From: Octopus sinensis
Lineage: Eukaryota
Length of the DNA stretch: 42,283 nucleotides
Assembly: GCF_006345805.1 (NCBI RefSeq)
Contig: NW_021835204.1
Coordinates: 1 to 42,283, forward strand
Reading direction: 5' to 3'
The notes below the pieces were generated by a model that was given only the letters and a program-made list of their open reading frames with translations, was not told the DNA's origin and ran no database searches. How positions within the stretch are numbered: the first letter of the stretch is position 1; each line of letters begins with the position of its first letter. Shown piece after piece: positions 1 to 13,519 of this stretch. Both the position numbers and the translations under genes were made by a program.

Positions 1-3000
1 ACCAAAAGTGAGAGCAAATCTTGATTTAAGGTTCGGAGGAAATTAATGGGGTTAAACAGCACTTCCTGATAGCACAACTGATTTGCAAAAATATAAGGCA
101 CTGCTGAAGTTATTTTCCTTTCTTTGCTAAAAGAATGAGTGACAGCCACGTGCTCCAGCTTCTACACCAGTCTACCCACAACACTCAAGCCTGAATTAAC
201 AACATTAGTTCTGTCTTGACTGCAGTCAGGCAAATCAAGGAGGCAGTGTCAAATAACTTGCAATACGACAGGAGACAGTGGAGGAAGGAACGATTAGATA
301 TAAGCCAATCAGTGACTCTTGACTCCTCGGACATTCATTCCTCTGAAAACCCGGAACGAGAGAGAGATCAGTAATAAACTCCTTCTCGAGCATTGGATGA
401 GCTATTTAACTGATGCATGACCAACAAATACATATCCTCATGAATGTGGCATTCACGAATGAAGCACTGGCGTATACCCAATGGAGGAAATGCTCTTTGA
501 ATGCCATCGGGTTGTCCTCAAATCCTGTCAAATTATACATTGGGCCAACCAATGTTCTCGCCGTCAATTTCACTTGCCAGTATTTTGAGGCACCCAATCA
601 ACTTGAGGTGATTTAATTGCACGGAAATGTCGTTAAACAACTTAATATTACAATAGGGATATATCACGTGTCCATTCTGCTGCATTATCTCAAAGCAAAT
701 GTGAGGATTCCCATTGCGCAGATAAGCATAGGCCACCGTGAAGAACAGTCGAGCCAATATCCGCCGATGGCCGGTCCATGCCTACCAATGATTGCGACAG
801 TCACCATGTCCGAAAAGTTAATCTTTTTGTAGGTGGTGAGGTATTGGTACATGTTCAATCTGGAGCAATCCGTATCTTGGGGAATGAAACCAATTCCTTC
901 TTCTGCCATTGAGAGGACGGCTCCCTTGTAGTCCTACAAATCATAGTAATGAGAAACCTGCATTATTAGACAGCCAATGCAGCGAAGAACAGGGCTGGCT
1001 TGGGAATTTTCCACCACCTGAGACTTGACGAGGTCAATAAAAGTGGGCGACGACAGAGAGGATGTGTCCGACTCCCACAGAACGGCTATCAGCATTGCCA
1101 ACTGCAAATCCTTAAGACGGAAGACACAAATCTAGAACAGTCCAGTCGGAGGGCAACCTCAATAGCACTCTTAATATCATTCGCCAACATAAAAAATGCG
1201 GCGCTATGAATATAGCGATTTTTAGTGAGTAGAGAGAATGCATTCTTATTAGCAGCTTCCTTCCAACGAGGCTCGTCAAAGTCATTTGCAAAGAACGCCT
1301 CCATTCGAGTGTCATTTAATGATCTCAAATACAGAAAATAGACTCACTTGTAGAGTGATCTAATCACAAGCTTCTTTTTCAATGCCATGTAGTAAATTGC
1401 TACTGACAAAGGGTCACCCTCGTTCTGGAACTGACATCGAGCAATCTTTCAAATCGACAAGCATGTGATACCATTTCCACATACTTGCGGAGAAGTGGGA
1501 CACTGGATATCCACCAAACAGCCCCAGCCTCCTTAAAATCTTTCCAAGACAAGTTTCCCTGTGCCACTCCGGGAATATAGTTGAGTAGGTCTTCTTTATA
1601 TTCAGAATAGTAGGCCCAGAAATAGGAGTGTTCGTCCAGGGGAACTCCCCTCCGTCGGGAAGTAAAAAATGCAATGCAATAACGAATTGATGCCACATCG
1701 AGACCCTCTGATTAGTCACGTGTCTGAAATGGATTACTTTTAAGGTTGAGGAATATTTGTCCACAACACTCTGCAAATGACTTTAATTCGATCTGTTCTT
1801 CTGATTTCAGTCCTTTGAGTTGGATTTTGTCCAAATAACGACACAGTCGCTTTGTCTAACATAACCTGCATAAATTACATCAGACACTGCAAATTCTTCT
1901 AAATTGTCTGGAACATCTTTTCTCTCCGCAAAATGTATAGAGCCCGAGTCCTCGCTGTTTAGATTGAGGGAATCACTTTCCGACTGCTCCCCGGACTCAC
2001 TGAATAAACCACATTCTTCAATATTCCCACAATTTCCCATGTCCTCAGCCTCCTGGTCGGCAAAGATTGAGTGAAGAGGCATAACAGGAATTGACAGTGG
2101 AAGGGTCAAATCAGATTTGTCTTGAATTGCTCGGTCAATCGAGTCAAGGAGGTGTTTGAGAATGCGATTGACACAATGAGTCCTCCCAAGTCCGAGCAAG
2201 GCCACAAGTTGTCGGGGATGGAAGATTGGGGGAATGCAAGTGTGGAGACGTGACTGTTCAAAAATGTCGGACTCATCTTGTCCTGATCTATACAGAAATG
2301 CCTCGTTTCCGTTGGCAATCATCAAAGACCCGTCCAAACACTAAAATCCCCCAAACTTGCTTACAAGTCCGAAAATCGACATTTTAGTCGTCTGGAAGAG
2401 TTTGACGTGGCGATCAGAATCCACCTCTCTTGTCTGAGAAATGATTCTGAAAAGAAGTAGACCTAATTCAATCAAGTCGGTAAAAGTACATTCGAGTTGG
2501 TGAGGACAACTAGAATGTGGGAGCCATTCATGGTGGGCAGCCAGCTCATTTGACAACCTATTTAGTGACCATAACCAGGGTTGTTAAAAATCATGATTTT
2601 TTTCAAAAAAATCAAAAAATCTGATTTTTTTGATTTAATCACGATTTTTTGATTTAAATCAGATTTTTTTGAATTAAATGATCTTTATTTCAAAACGACC
2701 CTTTCCACCTGGCTTATCAGAGAACCTCTCTCTTTGTACATAAACACTGAAAACGGCCACGCAGAACGATCTATCGTAGTTCCTTATGTCCACCGGGATC
2801 ACTTAACTAGTTTGCATTACGCTTTCTTTCTTTGTGGTCTTCGGGTTAATAAATAAAAAATATTTCAAAGCGAACTAAAATAAAAAAAAAAACAATGGAA
2901 ATCGTTTTTATTTATTTAAAAGCTTGTAAATGGAAACAAGTTTGGCTGCTTTTTCGATCCCCAGCCTATTGCGTACATTTGAATGTAGAAATCCGAATGT

Positions 3001-6000
3001 TGAAAAGATTCTTTCTATTCCACCTGTCGAAGCAACTGCTCCAAGAATTTTTTGCATAGTGAAATTACTTGTGAAGGTAACTGGTATGAATTCGACTCCC
3101 ACCAAGCTATAGGTGATACTTTACTCAATAAATTCGGAGCAAACATGTATGTTTAAATGGATCAGCTTTTGCTCTGAAATTAATCAGAGTCGGAAGTGCA
3201 TATTCATAATTTTGAGCACAATAACTCAATGCAATGTCAATCTCAACATTTGAAAGAGATTTCCCACTACATGTCGGGTCGATCAAATTCGCAAGTAAGT
3301 GGAAAGGTGTTAATGCTTGTTTTGCTCGAATTCTCACTTTTCCTAAAATATTCGTACATCCATTGTCAATATATGTCTGTTCAAGTTCTTTCCAAATTTC
3401 TACAGCATGACTAATCGTGGTAGAATCATTCTGAATTTTATCTAAAGCGACAGCAATTGGTTTAATAAGCATCAGATATTCTTCAACGCGTCGTTTTAGG
3501 GAAATATTTTGGACCTTGGAAAAAATCTCTGTATCAATATCCGTTCTGTGTTCCTCACAAGTTCTCAAAATAATAGACCAATTATCCAGATAAGATTGAA
3601 AACAGTCTGATAAAGTGTTCCACCGTACATCAATCGGAAGAACGAGTTTTTTTCCTCCATTAGATTTGTACCATGCAGCTGGAAGATGGACGTTTCGGAA
3701 ATATTTATTGATTGTTACAATAGTTCCTTTAACGTCCGCTACCTCGACATCCTTCACAAGAAGGTTGAGATAATGTGCCGAGCAACCATAAGTAATTATT
3801 TCATTGCCATCTTCCATCATTATCCGTCTCATTTTAGTCATGTTGGCAGCATTATCCGTTACAAGACTGCCGATTTTACATCCAAACCGTTGTTCAGCCA
3901 ATTGTGCGGAGGCTATAGCAACAGATTGAAGATATTCCGCAGTGTGGCTATATCCAGAAGTGTCCACAGTGTCAATGAGATAATTTTCCTCATCTGATGT
4001 CACAACCGAGACACAATAACGGGTTCATTATGAATGTTGCTCCACCCGTCCAACATCATAGACACTGTTTTGTCCTGGAGTCTTTGTCGACAGTCTTCAT
4101 GTATTTGGTCGTACACATGATCAAGTAATGTACCACCAATTTGATGACGAGAGGGTAAACGATACCCAGGAAGAAGCATTTGGACGAATTTGACAAATTC
4201 GGGATGTTCTACAGCAGCAAACGGAGTGTTTGTAGAAATATGTATCTAGCGAGTTGCAGATCCATCAAATCTTTCTTAGATGAAGTCGTCGTAGTTACGA
4301 AATTGATTAATGAATGGTCCTTCATCCTTGGAGGAAATTCGCTTTCAGGTCTCGGCATATTTTCAGGGATATCAATATTACTTCGACATAATAAATGATG
4401 CTGCCTCATCCGGGATACAAGACCTTGTATGTCCTTCCCACAATTACGACATCTGGCACGGCTTCCGGTCTTTCCAGGAATAATACGTTTATCAAAATAA
4501 GCCCACAAAGAATCACGCTTTCTTCCAGACATTTAAAAAAATTTAAATGATTTTTTGATTTTTTTGATTTTTTTTAATGATTTAAATCATTGATTTTTAT
4601 TGTTGATTAAAATCAAATGATTTAAATCTAACAACCCTGCCCATAACTGAGCTTTATTAAATGAAACAACATTAAAAGGTCGCTCACAGTCACGGAGGCT
4701 TCTAAATTCCAGTCAAATCCCCCGGAAGACTCACTCTCCCAGATTCCCACCTCCAAAGTAAGATTCTTCTCATTCAACGTGGAAAAAGCAAATCTTCCAT
4801 CATAGGCAAACTCGAATGCACTGAAGGCTAAAAATTACATTCCTGACAAAAACAGGTTAAATGAATTGATTGGGGAATAGAACACACGTTCTTTGTGGGG
4901 GAGAACTCGATTCCATAACTCGTAATGGCAGAATGCCACAAGCATACCTCCCCATCCGCAAAAAGTAAGGCAAAGAGATATGATGGGACCATAAAGCGAG
5001 AAAAGTAAATAGAAGCATTGTGGTCAGAAGTTGGCTTGACATGCAACAATGGAGACCCATTTCCACTAAAATGGCGACATGAGATTCTTTTGACCTTCAC
5101 AATAGGGTCGACCAAAAATGTGGTTTCTTCTGGTTTATTGGCAGTGACTACAATTTCATAAGCCTCCAACACAAATTGCTGGCCATCCAACTCTGTTATC
5201 AACACCATAATATAAGAGCGAGAAAATCCAGTCAATTCATCCTGGACGTGATAAGAATTCACGTCAGAGCTTTGTCTAGTGACAGAATACTTATAGTAAA
5301 TGTGCATAAATATTGTTTGCCCATTTTCCTAAACAATATATATCTGAATGTACTTTGAGGTTGTCCTTTATTGACTTTAACTTGAAAATAGCACCCGACA
5401 TCATGGCTGACTGCTGACTGACCAACACAGGGCGATGAGGCCTCTCCACTCGCTAGGACTATGGAAAGAGGGGAACCTCTGCTTTGTTGAGATGTGATCT
5501 CACATCGACAACTGTCTGACAAATCAGAAATCGACTGTCTCGTTGGACAACAAACAGAGAAGAAGGAGAATAAATTCCCTCATCCGAACTATATCCAGGC
5601 AGTCGCAGAGGGAACCAGGCTGCCTTGTCGTATGAAAGATGACAAAAATTGTTGACACGGGCTAGTTCGTGGAGACCAACTGGCCCCTTCTGATACAAAT
5701 AGCCAGGAGAGTCCATAATCCACAGAATAAGTTCAGACGTGTCCCTCTAAAATAGAAACAAGTCCCAACCAGGTGATTATAGGCAATGGAGACAATAAGT
5801 GGAAGGTAAGGGTGGTGGTTAATGCTGCGGATATCATAGCAGTGGCCACACACTCGATTGACGGGAATTATGTTCGAAATGGTGGCCTGGTTGTTCTCAA
5901 GCTGGAAATTGGCCTGGAGTTGATAGATTGTGCCATCCGAGTGTCGGGCAACTATGAAGATGCAGGGCTCTCTCAGCATTTTCATCCAATCGAAACACTC

Positions 6001-7685
6001 AGGGTATGAGGACTCCAAATTGGGGAGGATATAATAATGGTTCTCGAATGTCTTGATGAAAGGGGACAGACATTCGAACTGATTACTCTGAAATAACTTT
6101 TGTGGACCAATCAAATGTTTGCATTCCACACTTCTCTGACTGTCGATCAATGTCGAGTCCATATACTTCAATTCCCAAATAATAAAAGTGCCAGTTGCAT
6201 GATTAACAGCAAATATGAGGTCACTACTGTTATACCAACTCTTTAAAAGATCGGATATCTCACTGTACAGGTTATGGCATGTCGAACACTGCCTGGTTAC
6301 AGGTCAAGGACAACCATATCGGCCAGACAGTTGAAGAGAATCTCACTCGGAGTGGAAGGAGACTCCTCTAGCACAATCCGGTCATCATGTGATGAACATT
6401 TGCAATGCTAACAGTGATCAGAATACTCAACTGAGTGATTGTAGCAGACAAGTGCATTTAATTGGAGATTGAATGCCATTTTCTTGTTATTCAGCCAATG
6501 AAATGTCATTTTCCCCTCTTCGGTGCCCAGAAATATGCTCTGGACCATGTGGAATTTGTGAGATATGGCGATCTCAGTGGCAAATGCGTTTATGTCAGCA
6601 ATTGAAGGGCTTCTTATACCCCAATTCCCAGATTTTTTATTCCTGAAATGCTTCAATTGAATTACATTGCTTTCTTGATACGCCTGAATGCTTTTGTACG
6701 CAATTGCTGAAACGAATGACGACGTCCGTGAAGGGGTGGAACATCAAAGTTAGATTGACCTTCCACACTTTGCTGCCAAACTCTGCCAACTCCATTGGCG
6801 GAGGATGTGAGAATAAGGTTGAGGACAGTCCCACTGAATTTAAGAACAGGCACTCACGGGGCCATTTGGTGGCTGCTGATCTGTCTCCACGATATGTACG
6901 TCACTGGGAATGGATGGTGGAGAATTATAAAGTCAAAATCGACTGACTTGTCATCCCCACTGATTCTCTCCAAACTGTCTTCGTGTTGCCGACGGAACCA
7001 AATTCTAACATCAGTGTCGCCCTGGAGACCTGAAATGACTGCCAGTACTTTGCAGAGTGACGCAAAGAAGAACCCGTCGTTGGAAAATGACAGTTTTTGC
7101 ACAGAGGAGAGCTGGCTGGAGTAATTAAAGGGAATTGATTACTAATTAGTCCAATTGAGGACCCACTGGGAAGCGAGGTCATCCCACCCCCACATTTCAA
7201 CATGCCGCTTATCCGCAACAAGTAGTTTAGTCCCTTGAATGAGTGATTAGGCATACCGAAATAGTCCAATTCGACAAATGTGATGGAATCTGGCTGACTG
7301 GTAGTGAAATGTGTGACCCTTCTCCAGGAATAGTTGTCCTGTGCTTGTATTCACACAATACCTGCGAGGACAGGTCGTTAGGCTGGAGGATTATCAATAC
7401 ATTGTTGATGGAGACAGCAATCTACGTCGGATAGCAGCAAATACTTTTCCGTAGCATTTACTACAAGTGACACAATTTATTTCTCCTTCACTGCACTCAA
7501 TTGCGTCAACTTTTTCCAAGACATGCGAGAGAATGACCAGTTTAGAACCAGAACCATATGCCTGCCAGTTATTAGGGGCTCTCAACTATAAAGTCGTAGC
7601 CGTTTATGTTCCCCACTGCAAAACAAGTATCCGTGCTGTTTGCTCCTCCAGAGAAAACGCTTTTTAAAGTATTTTCACCAAACAT
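1..7685 (-). CDS. DMXL: DmX-like / Rabconnectin-3alpha (RAVE subunit Rav1 homolog), multi-exon; 3' end runs beyond the window start
   Basis: ATG at 7685 gives MFGENTLKSVFSGGANSTDTCFAVGNINGYDFI, then a 25-nt intron (7562-7586), then AYGSGSKLVIL. This matches the DMXL N-terminus (VLTGAVN..YSVG...AYGSGCDIVIL). WESESSGG..W and MSWLPTMNGSHIL match internal WD motifs. The Rav1p_C domain is seen as IFHPRQLVALLGLG and WKDFKEAGAVWWI...FFANDFDEPRWKEAANKNAFSLLTKNRYIHSAAFFMLA. Many 23-27 nt GT-AG introns restore frame. Confidence 0.9.
2576..4639 (-). mobile_element. hAT DNA transposon with decayed (frameshifted) transposase, inserted inside DMXL
   Basis: TIRs are CAGGGTTGTTA at 2576 and TAACAACCCTG ending at 4639. 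The 8-bp TSD is ACCATAAC (2568-2575) versus CCCATAAC (4640-4647), a 7/8 match. TGATTT-rich subterminal repeats are present. Minus-strand ORFs encode a BED finger (4209-4532, LWAYF...C..C...RMRQHHLLC), DDE core (LDGWSN, VTDNAANM, CSAHYLNLL, VRWN) and hATC dimerization domain (STGGIERIFSTFG), separated by frameshifts. Confidence 0.93.
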
Positions 7686-7949
7686 TTATTTGTTCAACAA
7701 TCAATGTGGTATGTTTATCCACATAAAGCCTATTATTTCCTTTTAAATGTTTTAAAATATTATTAATAACATAATTGATTGAATTTATATTAATTCTCAT
7801 TAGGGTATTCTTGTGGCCGTATTCCCTATAGACCTTTCAATTATTAGACTAATTGATAGATTTAATTCAGTTAATTAAATTAACTATATTCATACTACTG
7901 ATTTAAAATGATTCAGAATAAATTTCATTGCATTATATATTTTAATTAA

Positions 7950-8110
7950 AATGGCAATACATACAGATTGCGGCTAGATCGGAAATTTCTTACCAAAATA
8001 ACGTACTTTAGTGGACTGGAATGCAATATTGACCCAAAAAGCACAAATTATTCACGAAATAAATTCGGCAGGACAGATTACTCAGTTGCTAAATCAATTA
8101 AGTGAAAATT
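7950..8110 (+). mobile_element. possible 3'-terminal remnant of a LINE ORF2
   Basis: Translation GNFLPK*RTLVDWNAIL resembles the FFPRTxxDWNxL motif at the C-terminus of many non-LTR ORF2 proteins. It is short and interrupted. Confidence 0.25.
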
Positions 8111-8342
8111 AAAAATGTCACAATGAAATAATTCGTACTTAAAGACGTTCGCACAGCGTTAAGTTTCGGTTTGCACTCAAACAGCATATTTATCATAAAT
8201 TCCAAATATTCACAAAATGACGCAATTTACACTTGTGATAAAAACTTCGGCACAAAATGACAGTTTGTGTAAAGAAACTAATTTAATTAAACATGTATAA
8301 TTTGCAACGACAAGATATATTATTAAACAGAGTTGCCTAAAA

Positions 8343-9920
8343 TTATTTGCAAACATTCCGTCTTTTGAGGCCTTGCACCTGCCATACGTGAGAACCTGAC
8401 GATTCGATCCCAACAAACGCCGGGCAAAAATACTTGATCCACAAAACTCCCCATAGCAGGCAAACAGTGGTCATTGTTAAAATGCCATCAATTTGGACAC
8501 ACTGAAATATATAAAGAAATAAACCCGGGAGCCGAGACAGGGCCTCCAATCAAAGAATTGGGCATATTTGAGGAATAGAGTGGAGGGCCAGACGAATCCC
8601 AAGTTGGCAACAGTATTGAGGAGTGTCATGTAGGAGCCACCAATGACGGGGTCGCTCACATTGGTGTGAAAGGCCATCGTGGAAACAGTCATACAGGTCG
8701 AGATAATCTAGAATATGGCATTCCCAGTCACCTCGGTGGCCATCGAAACCACAAATATTCCACCAATCATCGCCGAAGTGACTTGGCCTGTCCTACAAAA
8801 AATCCACAGAAACAAAATGAGTTGTGGGAGTTTGATCAACAGTCTCAGTTTGTACTGATTTGCAAAGAATTGGAGTGGTTTGAGACTGAGCCCCATTTGC
8901 TCAATGAAGAAGGGGAGAATGACTTGGACAAGTGTGAGGGGGGCACTGATCTGCACAATCGTGTGCCGACTCACCCCCGCATTCAACAACTTCAATACAA
9001 AAATCGACTCGATGGGTGCATACGCGATCTGGAAATCACCCAAAGCTCTACTTTTAAGACAAGCTGATTAAAAATATAAAATTGCATTTCTGGTTTCCTA
9101 AGCACGGATAGCAGTCCAGAATAAACATCCAGATATGAAATTATTTCTGTGTTTTCTCGCTCTTTTTTAAACAGTAAAATGAAAGTAGTACACCCGAGGA
9201 ACACCACTCCCCAAAAAAGAAGAAATCCCAAAATAAAACTGCAAAATACCATGAAATGTCATAATCCCGTGATTTTTAGGACTCGTGAAAATATACTTGT
9301 TGCAGAACTCTGCAGATTCCAAGGACACAAAAATTTCTCGCGATATAAAAATCCCCAACATCTGGCCAATCACATTGCACGTGGATGCCCAACTGAGCAA
9401 ATTCCTGTCATTTTCCATATCAATAAAAACCTGGGCAAAATGGAAATGGCCCACCCGTCGACGGCCACGTCCTGAGTGGCGGCAAGCAAGGAAGCGGCAG
9501 AGAAAGCGTAGGTTAGTCGATGTATTTGTTTTTTGACTTGAATTTTAAACTGTGAGTATTAAACCAAGCATGTCGGATATATTGAAGGAGAGGAAAATGA
9601 AAATAAGCCCGAGGGCATATTGAGTGGGGATGAGCCAGCTCTTTCTCCTGCCAAACCTGCCAATATTGCCCTAATAAGACCTTCGGAAAAATATTGAATC
9701 GACAAACGGGGCCCACAAGATTTTTAAACTAAAAGGCCACATGACAAAGCTAAAATAAGACTGCTGCGAGTAGGAAGCCCCAACCTCTTGCAGATAGAGA
9801 GGAATGGCACTACATATCCCTAGGAAAGTGAATTTATAGTAATGTGATGCCAATTGGGATTCCTTGTAGTGTGTAGAGGAATATTAGGAACAATATGTTC
9901 CCGACATCCACAAAGAACAT
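8343..9920 (-). CDS. SLC33A1: acetyl-CoA transporter 1 (AT-1, MFS)
   Basis: The N-terminal exons read MFFVDVGNILFLIFLYTLQGIPIG-ICSAIPLYLQE...FSFVMWPFSLKILWAPFVD, then FGRRKSWLIPTQY and LAATQDVAVDGWAI. Later exons include VSDPVIGGSYMTLLNTVANLG and a C-terminal IDGILTM...CK*. Introns of about 24-31 nt restore frame, and the first appears to be GC-AG. Confidence 0.92.
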
Positions 9921-10676
9921 GACAAAATGGAAATCGATTTAATTAAAATATATTCGATACATTTATTTTACCATTCGGATGAGAATTGGAACTGTAAATT
10001 AAATTCTCGATTTATCAATAAGGAAAACTACGTCCAATGTAACATTATTAGAATTAAACAGCTTTACTATATTTACGGAAGGTGGACGAGTGGCCGGGTG
10101 AACAAAATTAAAGAAGTAAAGCTTTATATTTCCTTTTAAAAAATTGCTAGAAAGTTGCAAAAACCGACAAAATCAGATGTTTGATTCAATCCACTATATC
10201 AACCAAAGTAGTGGAAATGCGTGCAATTAAAAAAGTACTTACTGATACAAAAATGTGACCGCAGGGTTGAAAATAGATGTGAGAAATCATAACCTTATCG
10301 CGGAATTAAAATGATCGAATAAAAATGCATTTCTGGGTCAAATCCGCGTGTTTATAAAGCAATATTTCGATGAGAGAGGCCAACGTACGGGAAGAACTAA
10401 AGGTTGGAAAGACACCACTGCTTACGATTTTCGTTATGAAGCATAAAAGACAAAAGTCTAAAAGACGCAGGGTCATCTCTAGGTCTGCAAGGTTTCAATA
10501 TCGGCCTTATTAGTGCTTGTTTCCATAATGACGGTATCACATTTTGACTGATCGAATAGTTGAAATAGCTGCTAAACGAAAAATACTTTAAAATGAATTA
10601 TTGGAAATTTGATTTACTTGCTTAATTTTAAATGGTAAAAATATTTCAAAATAATTATAAATCATTTATTGTAGTT

Positions 10677-11767
10677 ATGCGATTATCGATTGTAAATTCA
10701 GTTAAAAATGTTTGGAGACAACAAGCCTTGAATTCGGCCAATATTTTGAGGAATTATTCCAGCGATTCGGAAGGAATAATTCGAGATCGGTCTATAAATT
10801 TAAGTCCAAATAATATAAATAAATATTCAAAGTAAAAACGGGCCACGATGGAACTTTTCCAGTACTATATCTTCCCCTTCCTTCAAAAAACGAACTCTGT
10901 CGATTTACTCTCCGTCTTTACGGATATACGGTCGGGGACTTGATTGAGTCGGTCAAAAACGAGGACGGAGGAATCGAACGAATTGGGATATACTCCTCTG
11001 GTAATATTAACATCTGAGTGTAGACTCAATAAAGTGGGCCAAGTCGACTCCTCTGGAGACACTTCTGAGGAGTTCATTCGACATGATCATCGACGACAAG
11101 AGATATACAGTCGAGCCCCTTCTCGAGAGTGGTTTAGTATATTTCCTCATCCGTAGACAAACCAAATGGGGTCATCTCGGTTGAAGATAAATTTAAAATG
11201 TCATTAATTGACTTATTCAGTACGTTCAATGTGACAGCGCACAAGGAGACGATCGAAAGGAAATATACAGACCAGATTGCCACTTTGACCAAGGAATTAG
11301 AACCATATGAACGGGTATTGTCGCATTTGGTCTTATTTATGAAAGAGTAGGAATCAAATGATCAAAGCTGCCGATTGGAGGGCACAGTCCATTGGCTGGT
11401 TAGGTTTAGTGTTTATGGGACTCCAAACTGGTGTTTTGGCTCGACTTACATGGTTTGAGTACTCGTGGGATATCATGGAGCCGGTCACCTATTTTGTCAC
11501 ATATGTCACTGGAATGTTCTTCTATGCATATTACATGGTCACGCGACAGGTATTTGGATGATCTGATGGCAGGAATATACCTACAGGGATGCCCGCAATA
11601 GACATTTCCTCCAGGCACTCCATAAGATGTTTGCTAAAAATGGGCTGAGTGTCGACGTTTACAACGAACTTACCTCTCAATTGGCTGAAGCAAACAAAAA
11701 TCTCGAAGCCCTCCGAAACAATTTTCTCCAGCTTCAAATTTTTAAATCCGAGCATAAAATTTTATTA
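10677..11767 (+). CDS. MCU: mitochondrial calcium uniporter pore subunit
   Basis: It has a presequence-like [16 protein letters not shown]..., the NTD motif [17 protein letters not shown]...[12 protein letters not shown], and the pore signature [23 protein letters not shown]. Introns are 29, 23 (11001-11023), 25, 31 and 23 nt (11550-11572). Stop TAA at 11765-11767. An upstream in-frame ATG also exists at 10632. Confidence 0.95.
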
Positions 11768-12215
11768 ATTAACTTAAATATTTAATATTTTGAAATGTAT
11801 TCTCTAGCTAAAAGTGTCGTCCGACTATGTTTGTTGCTTTTAATTTATTTGTATGAGAGGTAGAGAAAGGATTTAATATATTATTTTTTGTTGATCTTTC
11901 GTCATTATTACTCTATCAAAGCATAAGAAATGATCATCGACTTAATTTTAGTCTGGTTAAACTGTTTCCGTTGACCATTAAATAGTTTTCATCCTTAAAT
12001 ATGAGAACTGCCCTCCTGATTGGAAAAATTCCGTGCATGGAGCAACATGTGGTCCCCAAATAATAATCCGCTCAATGAACTAAATTGTTTATTTAACATT
12101 TATAATGTTAAATTTAACATTTTTTTGTAACTGCAATTTATAATTAAAACACCCGTTTTATTTAAAATTTATATAAAAGTCTAAGTAATCATGAGAAAGA
12201 GTAAAACGTTAATAA

Positions 12216-12582
12216 TTAGTACACGTGGACAAATCCGTAAAAAAAAGTCCAAAGAAGAACATAGGTCTAAACAAATTAAAATATAAACAGACTAAAATCC
12301 CACTGAAAAAGCCTCCAGTGAAAGGGTCGGTTCTGGAGACAAAATAATCCTTAATTCGGGTGAACTTCAAACTTAAATGCAAATGAATCTATTTATTGGA
12401 ATATGTTTATTTACCAAAAAATAAGCTGACCCAATCAAATAAAACGCCAGTCCATAGAGTCCAGTAAAACCAAGCACTCCAGCTACTGTTCCTGAGAGAA
12501 TGGCGACAATTGTCCAAAGCCTTTCGAGGATGGAAGTATTGTGTTTAATGGCAGACTCACTATTGCAATTTTTTAAACTCAT
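12216..12582 (-). CDS. EMC6: ER membrane protein complex subunit 6
   Basis: Reads SESAIKHNTSILE...AILSGTVAGVLGFTGLYGLAFY with C-terminal TYVLLWTFFYGFVHVY*. Two 26-nt GT-AG introns restore frame. Confidence 0.93.
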
Positions 12583-12763
12583 GTCGTTAGCTACAACGAA
12601 CGTTAAATTCAAATAAATTATTAATAAACATTTAATTACAAATATAATTCATTTCCTACACTTATAACCAAAAATCTGGAAAATTGTGAGGATTACTCCT
12701 AGGAACGTTTTTCACATTTGCTTCTATTTTATTTTATCTTTTCTTTCAATTGATTTTTTATTT

Positions 12764-13148
12764 TTAAGTCCTCTTTTTGATTTGGTATTTGTTTCCATCC
12801 CAGGGGGGGTGGTCGTCCAGACTGAGAGAAGACAGCAGATCAGACAACGAGTCCTTGGGGGTCTTTTCGTTGTGTATGAAATGACAGCGAGGACCATATG
12901 GACAGTAAAACTTTGAGTGGTAAGTCTTGCAGAGTTCAGTCTTGTAGCGAGGGTGTCGAGCCATCTTCCTCAAATCGAGCACTCCATGGGCGAACTGGCA
13001 CTTTTCCCCATATTTACAGTAGCCGGACTCCTTGTATGCTCGACACAGCTCAGTCTTGTATCGAGTGAGTTGAGATTCCTCCTTCGAACCACCGACCATT
13101 CCCTGGCAATAAATAATCGCAACAGACCTCTAAGAACGAAGCTTGCAT
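12764..13148 (-). CDS. ZFP36L: TIS11/ZFP36-family tandem CCCH zinc-finger ARE-binding protein (very short, about 120 aa)
   Basis: Two fingers with lead-in motifs: [27 protein letters not shown] and [27 protein letters not shown] probable short first exon MQASFLE is followed by a 25-nt intron. Confidence 0.9.
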
Positions 13149-13254
13149 TATGAAACATAACGCCCGTCTTTGTATATAACTCGGCGATTGTCCGGCTTTC
13201 CTCTCTATCAGTATTAATGGCCCTATTAGAAGGTGATATTAATACTTATAGACA

Positions 13255-13350
13255 TTAACATTATTAGAATGATAACACTCAATGTGAATGGTGTTGGCTG
13301 CCTTAAGGACTGTCATATTATCACACATCAAAGAATTGATCGACCTAGGC
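13255..13350 (+). mobile_element. possible fragment of an APE/ExoIII-type endonuclease N-terminus (LINE remnant)
   Basis: NIIRMITLNVNGVG resembles the I-x-T-L-N-V-N-G motif that opens APE endonucleases. The frame closes quickly. Confidence 0.25.
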
Positions 13351-13519
13351 CAGATTAGATTATGTTACTATGATGTATATTCACCAGGATAATACAAGCA
13401 CGTGCTTTGTGTAGAACGTGGAGTGTGAGTTATGTTGGGGAATGATCTGAATAGGCTGACAATGTGAAATATACTCACTCCCCGGTAGACTTGATCAAAA
13501 TTCATAATTTAGTTTTTTC

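Noticed and set aside
2581-2680. Short tandem TGATTT-rich repeats (also 4545-4625) as a possible CRISPR or regulatory array
   Set aside because: They are subterminal repeats of the hAT element, with no spacers, in a eukaryotic context.
10240-10530. Interrupted plus-strand frame (NAFLGQIRVFIKQYFDERG...)
   Set aside because: It has stops and no recognisable motif; at most an old TE remnant.
11990-12080. GC-richer island with an AATTTTT Sm-like site as a possible snRNA or SL RNA
   Set aside because: It has no match to U1/U2/U4/U5/U6 core motifs and no clear leader-donor structure.
12216-13148. Closely spaced same-strand ZFP36L and EMC6 as an operon
   Set aside because: Short intergenic distances are general in this window, and no trans-splice signal can be demonstrated from sequence alone.
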